Origin: Burkholderiales bacterium
Lineage (GTDB): Bacteria > Pseudomonadota > Gammaproteobacteria > Burkholderiales > SG8-39
DNA: 64,000 bases
Assembly: GCA_035310985.1 (NCBI GenBank)
Contig: DATGDH010000072.1
Coordinates: forward strand, 41,568 to 105,567
Reading direction: 5' to 3'
In this document: positions 8,168-18,696 of the stretch, one piece after another
How the letters are laid out: each line of letters starts with the position of its first letter
Position numbering within the stretch: position 1 is the first letter of the stretch
Translations under genes and position numbers: made by a program
The notes under the pieces: model-generated
The model's database searches: none
The model's input: the letters and a program-made list of their open reading frames with translations, nothing else
What the model was told of the DNA's origin: nothing

Positions 8168-9300
8168 TTCCCGGCGTCCGCGTTCGCGCCCGCGCCGGCT
8201 AGCGCGCGCCGCTTGCGCACGGCATCCGCAAGCACCTCGAGCGCGGCCGTGGAATCGTCCCAGCCTAGGCAGGCGTCGGTGATGCTTTGCCCGAAGGCGA
8301 GCGGCTGACCCGCCATGAGATCCTGGCGCCCCTCGACCAGGTTCGACTCGATCATCAGGCCGACGATGCGTTGCTCGCCCCCGGCGATGCGGCCGGCCAC
8401 CTCGTCGCACACCTTGAGCTGCTGCCTGAAGTCCTTGCGGCTGTTGGCGTGCGAGCAGTCGATCATCAGGCGCTCGGCGAGACCTGCGCGGCGCAGTTCC
8501 TCGGAGGCGGCGTCCACGCTCGCGGCATCGTAGTTCGGCTGCTTGCCGCCGCGCAGGATGATGTGGCAGTCGTCGTTGCCGCGCGTCTCGACGATCGCCA
8601 CCTGCCCGCTCTTGTGCACCGAGAGGAAGTGGTGCTTCTGGCGCGCGGCGAGAATCGCGTCCACCGCGATCCTCACGTTGCCGTCCGTGCCGTTCTTGAA
8701 GCCGACAGCGGCCGACAATCCCGAGGCAAGCTCGCGGTGCACTTGCGACTCCGTCGTGCGCGCGCCGATCGCGCCCCACGAGACCAGGTCGCCGATGTAC
8801 TGCGGCGAGATCACGTCGAGAAATTCGCAGCCGGCAGGCACGCCGAGTTGGTTGATGCGCACGAGCAGGTCTCGCGCGATGCGCAGTCCTTCGTTTATGC
8901 GAAAGCTGCCGTTCATGTACGGATCGTTGATCAGGCCCTTCCAGCCCACCGTGGTGCGCGGCTTCTCGAAGTACACACGCATCAGCACCTCGAGCTCACT
9001 CGCATGCCGCTGGCGCTCGGCGGCGAGCCGTCCGGCATACGCGAGTGCCGCCGCCGGGTCGTGGATCGAGCACGGGCCGATAACCACCAGCAGCCGGTCG
9101 GACTGCCCATGCAGCACCGCGCGCACGCGCCGCCGAGTGTCGGAGATGAGCGTCTCGACCGGCGTGCCCTGGATCGGAAAGAAACGGATCAGGTGCTCGG
9201 GCGGAGGCAGCGGGACGATGTTCTCGATGCGCTCGTCGTCGGTGAGCGAGGTCTTGTCTATCGGCGGAACCGCCAGGTAGTTGTCGGTGGGTGCAGTCAT
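8164..9300 (-). CDS. aroG: 3-deoxy-7-phosphoheptulonate (DAHP) synthase, class I
   Basis: GPCSIHD, VYFEKPRTTVGWKGLINDP, WGAIGARTTESQVHRE, GFKNGTDG, IDCSHANS and LMIESNL are class I-alpha DAHP synthase signatures. ATG 9300 is preferred over TTG 9321, which lies in the terminator T-tract. Isozyme type is inferred from the Phe leader. Confidence 0.93.
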   Translation of the reverse strand: MTAPTDNYLAVPPIDKTSLTDDERIENIVPLPPPEHLIRFFPIQGTPVETLISDTRRRVRAVLHGQSDRLLVVIGPCSIHDPAAALAYAGRLAAERQRHASELEVLMRVYFEKPRTTVGWKGLINDPYMNGSFRINEGLRIARDLLVRINQLGVPAGCEFLDVISPQYIGDLVSWGAIGARTTESQVHRELASGLSAAVGFKNGTDGNVRIAVDAILAARQKHHFLSVHKSGQVAIVETRGNDDCHIILRGGKQPNYDAASVDAASEELRRAGLAERLMIDCSHANSRKDFRQQLKVCDEVAGRIAGGEQRIVGLMIESNLVEGRQDLMAGQPLAFGQSITDACLGWDDSTAALEVLADAVRKRRALAGAGANADAGN

Positions 9301-9319
9301 GGCTGTCTTCGGCAGTGGC

Positions 9320-9352
9320 AAAAAAAAACCGCCAGGCTTTGGGCTCTGGCGG
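9320..9352 (-). terminator. intrinsic terminator / attenuator hairpin upstream of aroG
   Basis: Minus strand reads CCGCCAG-AGCCCAAAGC-CUGGCGG followed by nine U (9328..9320), 19 nt before the aroG ATG. A third copy of CUGGCGG at 9398..9392 can compete for the 5' arm. Confidence 0.65.
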
Positions 9353-9377
9353 TTTTCGGGATCAGTTCGGGCTGCGG

Positions 9378-9443
9378 CTAGCCGTTCCCCTCCGCCAGAT
9401 GGCGCGGGAAAAAGAAGAAAAATCCGTAAAACCAGCGGTTCAT
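9378..9443 (-). CDS. aromatic (Phe-rich) leader peptide MNRWFYGFFFFFPRHLAEGNG
   Basis: ATG 9443 with GAGGG 7 nt upstream. It has 21 codons including TTT TTC TTC TTT TTC in a row plus Trp and Tyr, with stop TAG at 9380..9378. It is followed by alternative hairpins and a U9 terminator. Too short for the ORF track. Confidence 0.6.
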   Translation of the reverse strand: MNRWFYGFFFFFPRHLAEGNG

Positions 9444-9461
9444 CGCATTACCCTCGCCACG

Positions 9462-9491
9462 ATTGAAGCACGGCGCCCCTCGCCTTGGCAA
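9462..9491 (-). promoter_or_regulatory. candidate sigma70 promoter for the leader-aroG transcript
   Basis: Minus strand TTGCCA (9491..9486), 18-nt spacer, TTCAAT (9467..9462). Sequence match only. Confidence 0.3.
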
Positions 9492-9652
9492 CTGGAACGT
9501 GACTAGCACTCGAGGCTTGCCGCTGCCAGTCCGACGGGCGGCGCCCTACAGCGGAAGCCCGGCACAGCCCCATTGGCCCGACTATTGCTACGCTAGAAGG
9601 TGTCGTGCTAAGTTTTTCGCGCGGTCGTTCCGCCGAAAAACAAGGAGGCAAT

Positions 9653-10633
9653 ATGTCGGCAAGCGTCGCTCAACCTGTCTCGATTCCGGTCGCCGGCTTC
9701 AGGGACGTCTACAGCGTCGGAGATGTCGAGCGGGCCTTGCAGGAGCTACCGCCCTCGTCGAACGAGGCCCTGCGCACGGTATACGAGAAGATGCTGCGCG
9801 TCGGCGGGCAGCGCTTCACAGTCAAGCCCTCGGCGATGCCGTCCATGGACGAGCTGTTCGAAGAACTGCCCAATTTCGCGGCCGTGCTCGAGGATATCCG
9901 CCGCCAGCTCGCGCTGTGCATCGACTCGAACGACTCGATCGAGCTCGCGCCGGCGCTGCTGCTCGGGGAGCCCGGCATCGGCAAGACGCACTTCGCGCGC
10001 CGCGTTGCGCAGCTGCTCGGCACGGGCTTCGGCTTCGTGCCGATGAGCTCGCTCACCGCGGGATGGATTCTCTCCGGCGCATCTTCGCAGTGGAAGAACT
10101 CCAAGCCCGGCAAAGTGTTCGAGACTTTCCTGCACGGCGACTACGCCAACCCGGTGATGGTAATCGACGAGCTCGACAAGGCCGCAGACGGCGGCCAGTA
10201 CGACCCGCTCGGCGCGCTCTACGGGCTGCTCGAGAGCGCTACCGCGATGCAGTTCGTGGACGAGTTCGTCGAGATCCCGATCGACGCTTCGGGCGCGGTC
10301 TGGTTCGCGACGGCGAACGACGCAGGGCGCATTCCGGAACCGATCCTGAACCGCATGAACGTCTATGAGATCGAGCCACCAGACGCGGAAGGCTCGGCGC
10401 GCATCGCGCGCTCGATCTACCGCGAGATCCGCGGCGCACACGACTGGGGACGCCGATTCCCCGAAGAGCCCGGCGCCGCCCTCATCGAGAAGCTTGCCGC
10501 GTTCACGCCGCGCGAGATGCGCCGTGCCGTACAGACCGCGTTCGGCAACGCGAAGATCGCCGGCCGCAGCGAGGTGGGCCCGGACGACGTGCCGGATTAC
10601 CGCGGCGCGCGCCGCCAGCGCGTCGGCTTCTAG
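9653..10633 (+). CDS. AAA+ ATPase (Lon-like ATPase module without protease domain)
   Basis: Walker A LLLGEPGIGKTH, Walker B VMVIDELDK, FATAND and ILNRM sensor-like motifs. AAGGAGG lies 4 nt upstream of ATG 9653. Confidence 0.8.
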   Translation: MSASVAQPVSIPVAGFRDVYSVGDVERALQELPPSSNEALRTVYEKMLRVGGQRFTVKPSAMPSMDELFEELPNFAAVLEDIRRQLALCIDSNDSIELAPALLLGEPGIGKTHFARRVAQLLGTGFGFVPMSSLTAGWILSGASSQWKNSKPGKVFETFLHGDYANPVMVIDELDKAADGGQYDPLGALYGLLESATAMQFVDEFVEIPIDASGAVWFATANDAGRIPEPILNRMNVYEIEPPDAEGSARIARSIYREIRGAHDWGRRFPEEPGAALIEKLAAFTPREMRRAVQTAFGNAKIAGRSEVGPDDVPDYRGARRQRVGF

Positions 10634-11106
10634 GCCTTCGCCAGAAGCCGGCCGCAGGCCAGCACCGAGATCCACACGGCGAGCGACAGCGCCGCGGCGA
10701 CGCGCGCTGCAGCGGGCGGCACGGCCTGCGTGTCCCAGCGCTCGGCGCCGCGGAACGTCCCGGCGTGAAACAGCGCCGCATTGGTGCCGCCGCCCAGGAT
10801 CAGCATCATCTTTAGCGCGAAGAGCGGGCTGCCGATTAGCTCGCCCGCGCGCGCAAGGAACATGAGCAGGCCGCTCGGCACGATGAGCAGGAAGCTCACC
10901 GCCGTCCAGGGCAGCACGTGCGCGGCGAGGCGCCGCACCGGAATCGTGCGCGAGAGCCCCAGCAGGCGCAGATCGAGCACCGCGACCGTGCCGACGAGCA
11001 GTGCGACGCCCGTCAGGTGCACAATCGCGACCGCGGTGTGAAGCGCGCTCGGCGCGCGCAGCGCCACCGCCAGCGGCAGCGACTCGATCGCGACGAGCGG
11101 CGTCAT
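10630..11106 (-). CDS. hypothetical integral membrane protein (about 4 TM)
   Basis: Hydrophobic 158-aa protein starting 10 nt downstream of the alaS stop, so probably co-transcribed. Family not recognised with confidence. Confidence 0.6.
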   Translation of the reverse strand: MTPLVAIESLPLAVALRAPSALHTAVAIVHLTGVALLVGTVAVLDLRLLGLSRTIPVRRLAAHVLPWTAVSFLLIVPSGLLMFLARAGELIGSPLFALKMMLILGGGTNAALFHAGTFRGAERWDTQAVPPAAARVAAALSLAVWISVLACGRLLAKA

Positions 11107-11116
11107 CGCGCCGCGG

Positions 11117-13732
<2,616 letters not shown>

Positions 13733-13773
13733 GGTTCCCGCACTAGGCGAAAGTGCTTGATTTTACAGCAACG

Positions 13774-14346
13774 TCACCGCGGCTCGAGATAGCCGCCGGC
13801 CGCCAGCTGCGCCATCGACTCGCGCGTGAACTCGGCGCGCGGCGCATTGCCGCCGATCACAAACATGAGGATCGAATACTTGCGCTTGCTGCCGCGCGAG
13901 ACATTCATGAAGCGGCGCGACACGCCGGCCGGAAAGGAGATCACGTCGAGCGGCTTGAGATCGACGTGCTCGACGCGTCCTTTCTCATTCTCCCAGCTCG
14001 CGCGCCAGATTCCTGTCATGGCGATGAAGGTTTCATTGGTGTCGTGGTTGTGGAACATCGGCCCGCGGCCTGGCAGCGCGCGGCAGTAGCCGAGATTGAA
14101 GCCCTCGGAGATCTTGATCGCCGCCAGGCGCGAGGCCTTGTCGCCCACCGGCGAAGTGACCGCACCCCGGTTCTCCCCTTTCGGCGGCTGGAAGCCGATC
14201 ACGTTGTACAGGATCCGCTCGCAGCCCGGATAGCGGCTGTCCGGCAGCCCGCCGTCGGATCCCTTGAGCCTGCCAAAGCGCGCCACGCGCTTGAGCATGG
14301 ATTTGCGCGACACGCGTATCTTGCGCAGCCGTTCGGTGTATTTCAT
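13774..14346 (-). CDS. cupin domain protein
   Basis: GPMFHNHDTNETFIAMTG...VISFPAGV is a two-motif cupin pattern. GAGGAG RBS before ATG 14346. The track start 14472 adds an unsupported extension. Confidence 0.7.
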   Translation of the reverse strand: MKYTERLRKIRVSRKSMLKRVARFGRLKGSDGGLPDSRYPGCERILYNVIGFQPPKGENRGAVTSPVGDKASRLAAIKISEGFNLGYCRALPGRGPMFHNHDTNETFIAMTGIWRASWENEKGRVEHVDLKPLDVISFPAGVSRRFMNVSRGSKRKYSILMFVIGGNAPRAEFTRESMAQLAAGGYLEPR

Positions 14347-14470
14347 CTGAGTCGACTCCTCATCGGGTTGAATGTCCGTTCGTGCCGCGCAGCCGGCGCG
14401 GGCGTGCCCTGAGTTTTGCTCGGTGTCGCCATCCGTGTAGATTATCGCCTGCTCATTCGTGGCGAGGGAC

Positions 14471-15559
14471 ATGAAGCTCGGCTACTTCACCATGCCGCTG
14501 CATCCGCCGCAGCGCAACTACGTCGACACGCTCAAGGAGGACCGGGAGGCGATCCTGCTCGCGGACCGGCTGGGGTACTGCGAGGCCTTTGTCGGCGAGC
14601 ACGTCACCGACATCGCCGAATCGGTCACCAGCTGCGCTGCATTCCTGGCGAGCCTGGCGCACGATACCAGGAGAATCAAGCTCGGCACCGGAACGCTGAA
14701 TCTGCCCAACGGCCATCCCGCGCAGCTCGCGGCGACGGTGTCGATGCTCGACAACATGCTCGAAGGCCGCTTCATCGTCGGCATCAGCCCGGGCGGGCTG
14801 CCTTCGGACTGGGAAGTGTTCGAGAACATGGGCAAGGACCGCACCGCCATGTTCGTCGAGTGCATCGACCACATGATCGGCATCTGGACCGGCACGGCGC
14901 CCTACAACCTGAAGGGCCGGTTCTGGAACGTCTCGACCGAAAAGACCATGATCCCCGACATCGGCCAGGGCATCATCCCGAAGCCCTACCAGAAGCCGTA
15001 CCCGCCGATCGTGGTCACCGCGGTGGAGCCGTTCTCCAAAGGCGTGAGCGAAGCCGCCAAGCGCGGCTGGGACACGATCTCGGCGAACTTCCTGCTGCCG
15101 CAATGGGTTCGCTCGCACTGGCCTAAGTACGCCGAGGGCTGCGCGGCCGGCGGGCGCAAGGCCGATCCCGCCAACTGGCGCGTGGCGAAGACCGTGTTCG
15201 TGGCAGACGACGAGGCGACGGCGCGCGACTACGGTCTCGGCGAGAAGAGCCCCTATCGCTTCTACTACAAGCAGCTGTTCTTCAAGCTGAAGCGGGCCGG
15301 TCGCATCAACCTTTTCAAGCCCTCGAAGGATACGCCAGACGAGCAGGTGACACTCGACACGGTGGTCGACAGCCTGGTGATCGCCGGTACCGCCGACAGG
15401 GTCGCGGACGCGCTGCTCGCTTTCCGTGAAACCACGGGCGATTTCGGCACGCTGCTTTACTGCGGCGTCGACTGGGTCGACGCGCGGCTCGCGCGGCGCT
15501 CGATGGAGCTGATGGCGGAAAAGGTGATGCCCGCGATCAATCGCGCGACCGGAGGATGA
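14471..15559 (+). CDS. LLM-class (luciferase-like) flavin-dependent monooxygenase
   Basis: MKLGYFTMPLHPP...LADRLGYCEAFVGEH...RFIVGISPGG resembles the limonene-1,2-monooxygenase-like LLM subgroup. GAGGG lies before ATG 14471. Confidence 0.85.
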   Translation: MKLGYFTMPLHPPQRNYVDTLKEDREAILLADRLGYCEAFVGEHVTDIAESVTSCAAFLASLAHDTRRIKLGTGTLNLPNGHPAQLAATVSMLDNMLEGRFIVGISPGGLPSDWEVFENMGKDRTAMFVECIDHMIGIWTGTAPYNLKGRFWNVSTEKTMIPDIGQGIIPKPYQKPYPPIVVTAVEPFSKGVSEAAKRGWDTISANFLLPQWVRSHWPKYAEGCAAGGRKADPANWRVAKTVFVADDEATARDYGLGEKSPYRFYYKQLFFKLKRAGRINLFKPSKDTPDEQVTLDTVVDSLVIAGTADRVADALLAFRETTGDFGTLLYCGVDWVDARLARRSMELMAEKVMPAINRATGG

Positions 15560-16443
15560 CGGTGGCGCAAGGCAAGCTGCCGCGCGAGCGTGTTCCCTAT
15601 TCGGCGATCGTCGACCGGTCACCGCTCAGGCTGCCGGGCGGCGCCCGCATGGTCGTGTGGACGATCGTAAACGTCGAAGAATGGTCGATCGAGCGGCACA
15701 TGCCGCGCACGGTCCTGCCGCCGCCGATGGGCCAGCCGCTGCAGCCCGACCTGCCGAACTGGGCCTGGCACGAGTACGGCATGCGCGTCGGCTTCTGGCG
15801 CATCGCCGACGTGCTGGCGCGCCGCAGGCTGATCCCGACCATGGCGGTCAACGGCTCGGTGTTGACGAGCTATCCACGCATCGCCGAAGCCGCGCGCGAC
15901 GCGCGCTGGGAGTTCATGGGGCACGGCTACCTGCAGGGGCCGATGCACAACGTCGCGGACCAGCGCAAGGCGATTCGCGACACCGTCGAGGCGATCCGCG
16001 CGTTCACCGGCAGGGCGCCGCGCGGCTGGGAGAGCCCGGGCCTCACCGAAACCTACGACACGATCGACATCCTGCACGAGGAGGGCCTCGAGTACGTCGC
16101 CGACTGGGTGCTGGACGACCAGCCGGTGAAGATCCGGACGTCGAAGGGCCACATCGTGTCGGTGCCCTACACGCTGGAAGTGAACGACATCGCGATGATG
16201 GCGCTGCAGCACCACGCCGCTGACGAGCTGTTCAGACGCGGCGCAGCGCAGTTCGATCAGCTGTACGAGGAAAGCGAGGCGAGCGCGCGCGTCATGGCGA
16301 TCAGCGTGCACCCCTACATCACCGGAGTGCCGCACCGCATCGGCTGGCTGGAGAAGCTCTACCAGCACATCCAGTCGCGCCCTGACGTGCTGCTGTGGAC
16401 CGGCGAGCGGATCCTCGACTGGTACCTGACACAGGATCGTTGA
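15556..16443 (+). CDS. polysaccharide deacetylase / PuuE-like divergent deacetylase family protein
   Basis: VVWTIVNVEEW..., EFMGHGY, GWESPGLTE and ISVHPYITG patterns. ATGA overlap with the LLM gene. Confidence 0.8.
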   Translation: MTVAQGKLPRERVPYSAIVDRSPLRLPGGARMVVWTIVNVEEWSIERHMPRTVLPPPMGQPLQPDLPNWAWHEYGMRVGFWRIADVLARRRLIPTMAVNGSVLTSYPRIAEAARDARWEFMGHGYLQGPMHNVADQRKAIRDTVEAIRAFTGRAPRGWESPGLTETYDTIDILHEEGLEYVADWVLDDQPVKIRTSKGHIVSVPYTLEVNDIAMMALQHHAADELFRRGAAQFDQLYEESEASARVMAISVHPYITGVPHRIGWLEKLYQHIQSRPDVLLWTGERILDWYLTQDR

Positions 16444-16527
16444 CTGCTGATACACTTTTCCCAAACAAGTCCCCGAGCGCAATAAGAGGACACCGACAAA
16501 ATTCACCCTTAGGAGGAGGATCCTGCA

Positions 16528-17793
16528 ATGATCAAGCGACGTTCATTCGTGCGCGCCTCGCTCGCCACGGGCGTGATCGCCCTGGCGGCTGCGTCCGGCT
16601 CGCTGCTATCGTTCGCGGCGCAGGCCGCGCAGCCGATCAAGATCGGCTTCAGCATGGCGCTGACCGGCGGCCTCGCCGGCGCCGGCAAGGCGGCGCTCAT
16701 TGCGATGGAGCTCTGGCGCGACGACGTCAACAAGAAGGGCGGGCTGCTCGGCAGGCCGGTCGAGTTCGTCTACTACGACGACGCCACCAACCCGGCCACC
16801 GTTCCCGGGATCTATACGAAGCTGCTGAGCGTCGATAAGGTCGACCTGGTGGTTTCGAGTTATGGCACGAACGAGATCGCACCGGCGATGCCGATCGTGA
16901 TGCGCAACAAGCTCGTATTCCCGTCGCTGTTCGGGCTAGCAGTGAACGACGAATTCCACTACGACCGCTACTTCCAGATAATGCCGGCGGGACCCGAGCC
17001 CAAGCTCGACTGGTCGCGCGGCTTTTTCGAGCTAGCGGCGGAGCAGAAGCCCAAGCCGCAGACCGTCGCGATCGTTGCGGCTGACGCCGAATTCCCGCTC
17101 GCCGCCGCTGCCGGCGCGCGCAAGAACGCGCAGGCGAAGGGCTTCAAGATCGTCTACGACAAGACCTATCCGCCGTCGACAACGGATTACACGCCGATCG
17201 TGCGCGCCATCCAGGCGACCAACCCGGACATCGTGTTCGTGGCCTCGTATCCACCTGACTCGGTGGGCATGGTGAAGGCGGCGCACGAGGTAGGCCTGAA
17301 GGCGAAAATGTTCGGCGGCGGCATGGTCGGGCTGCAGTTCGCGGCCATCCAGAAAAACCTCGGGCCGCTGCTCGACAATATCGTCAACTACGACTTCTGG
17401 GCACCCGAGCCCACGCTCAATTTTCCGGGCGTGAATGACTTCTTGAAGCGCTACCAGGAAGCAGCCAAGGGCAAAGGCGTCGACCCGCTCGGCCATTACC
17501 TGCCGCCCTACGCCTACGCCTATATGCAGGTGCTCGAGCAGTCGATCGATGCGGTCAAGAGCCTCGACCAGGCGAAGCTCGCCGCGTACATGCACAAGAC
17601 CACCTTCAAGACGGTGGTGGGCGACGTCAAGTTCGGCAAGAACGGCGAATGGTCCAAGAGCCGCGTGCTGATGGTGCAGTTCCGCGACGTCCAGCCCGAC
17701 AACCTCGAGCAGTTCGCAGGCCCCGGCAAGCGCATCGTGGTGTACCCGAAGGAATGGAAATCGGGCGACCTCGCGTACCCGTACAAGAAGTAA
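16528..17793 (+). CDS. ABC transporter substrate-binding protein (LivJ/branched-chain amino acid type fold)
   Basis: Signal peptide (ALAAASGSLLSFAAQA/AQ), IKIGFSMALTGGLAG and YYDDATNPA are typical of the Leu/Ile/Val-binding family. AGGAGGAGG RBS. Confidence 0.9.
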   Translation: MIKRRSFVRASLATGVIALAAASGSLLSFAAQAAQPIKIGFSMALTGGLAGAGKAALIAMELWRDDVNKKGGLLGRPVEFVYYDDATNPATVPGIYTKLLSVDKVDLVVSSYGTNEIAPAMPIVMRNKLVFPSLFGLAVNDEFHYDRYFQIMPAGPEPKLDWSRGFFELAAEQKPKPQTVAIVAADAEFPLAAAAGARKNAQAKGFKIVYDKTYPPSTTDYTPIVRAIQATNPDIVFVASYPPDSVGMVKAAHEVGLKAKMFGGGMVGLQFAAIQKNLGPLLDNIVNYDFWAPEPTLNFPGVNDFLKRYQEAAKGKGVDPLGHYLPPYAYAYMQVLEQSIDAVKSLDQAKLAAYMHKTTFKTVVGDVKFGKNGEWSKSRVLMVQFRDVQPDNLEQFAGPGKRIVVYPKEWKSGDLAYPYKK

Positions 17794-17820
17794 CCCGCGC
17801 CCGCACGAGCTCGCGCGACG

Positions 17821-18696
17821 GTGTGGTCCGTTGACCTCTTCGCCAACGCCATCGTCGCGGGGCTCCTGCTCGGCGGCTTTTATGCCGCGGTGTCGATCGG
17901 GCTGGCCATCACATTCGGCCAGCTCGACATCGTCAATATCGCCCACCCCGCGTTCGTCATCGTAGGCTCGTACACCGCCTACATCATCAACAGGCACTTC
18001 GGGCTCGATCCGGTCCTCATCGGCGTCCTGTTCACCCCAGTATTCTTCCTGGTGGGCGCCGCAATCTACCGCGTCTACTACGCCGCGTTCGAGCGCACCG
18101 GACAGGAGTCGCTCTCAGGCCTCGCGTTCTTCTTCGGCCTGATGTTCATCATCGAGGTCCTGCTCATCATGGCCTACGGCGTCGACTACCGCCTGGTCAG
18201 CGCCGCATACATCGGCCGGACCATTAACATCGGCTTTGTCGGCATACCGTTCCGGATGCTGGTGCCGTTTGCAGTCGCCGTGGCGCTCACCGCCGGGGTC
18301 TACCTATACCTGTCGCGCACGTTCACGGGCCGGGCGATCCTTGCCGTGGCGCAGGACCGCCTCGCGCTGCAGTTGATGGGTGCCGACCCGGTGAAGGTCA
18401 AGCAGTTCGCATTCGGCCTGGCGATCGCCACCACCGCGATCGCGGGCTCGCTGCTGATCATCATCGGCCCCGTCGAACCGTCGGTGGGGCGACAGTACAT
18501 CGGCCGGGTTTTCGCGATTGTAGTGCTCGGCGGTATGGGCAGCATCCCGGGAATGGCGATTGCGGCGCTAATCCTGGGGGTGGTGGAAACGATGGTCGGC
18601 ACTTTCATGGGGCCGTCGTGGTCGCCGGCGGTGTCCTTCGGCGTGCTGCTGCTCACCCTCGCTCTGCGCCCCTCCGGGCTGTTCGGGAGGAAATAG
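17821..18696 (+). CDS. branched-chain-amino-acid-type ABC permease (LivH family)
   Basis: Polytopic membrane protein with GGFYAAVSIGLAITFG and GGMGSIPG motifs. GTG start. Confidence 0.9.
   Translation: MWSVDLFANAIVAGLLLGGFYAAVSIGLAITFGQLDIVNIAHPAFVIVGSYTAYIINRHFGLDPVLIGVLFTPVFFLVGAAIYRVYYAAFERTGQESLSGLAFFFGLMFIIEVLLIMAYGVDYRLVSAAYIGRTINIGFVGIPFRMLVPFAVAVALTAGVYLYLSRTFTGRAILAVAQDRLALQLMGADPVKVKQFAFGLAIATTAIAGSLLIIIGPVEPSVGRQYIGRVFAIVVLGGMGSIPGMAIAALILGVVETMVGTFMGPSWSPAVSFGVLLLTLALRPSGLFGRK

Noticed and set aside
7412-8779. Full 455-aa version of the TauE-family ORF.
   Set aside because: The upstream ~200 codons are Arg-rich, lie inside the DAHP synthase coding sequence in another frame, and carry no membrane or family signal. 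Only the last ~250 codons look like TauE/SafE.
9281-9506. Plus-strand ORFs 9281..9466 and 9291..9506 in the aroG upstream region.
   Set aside because: They have no RBS and low-complexity translations. They run antisense through the leader peptide, the terminator hairpin and the A/T tracts, and the minus-strand attenuator explains the region better.
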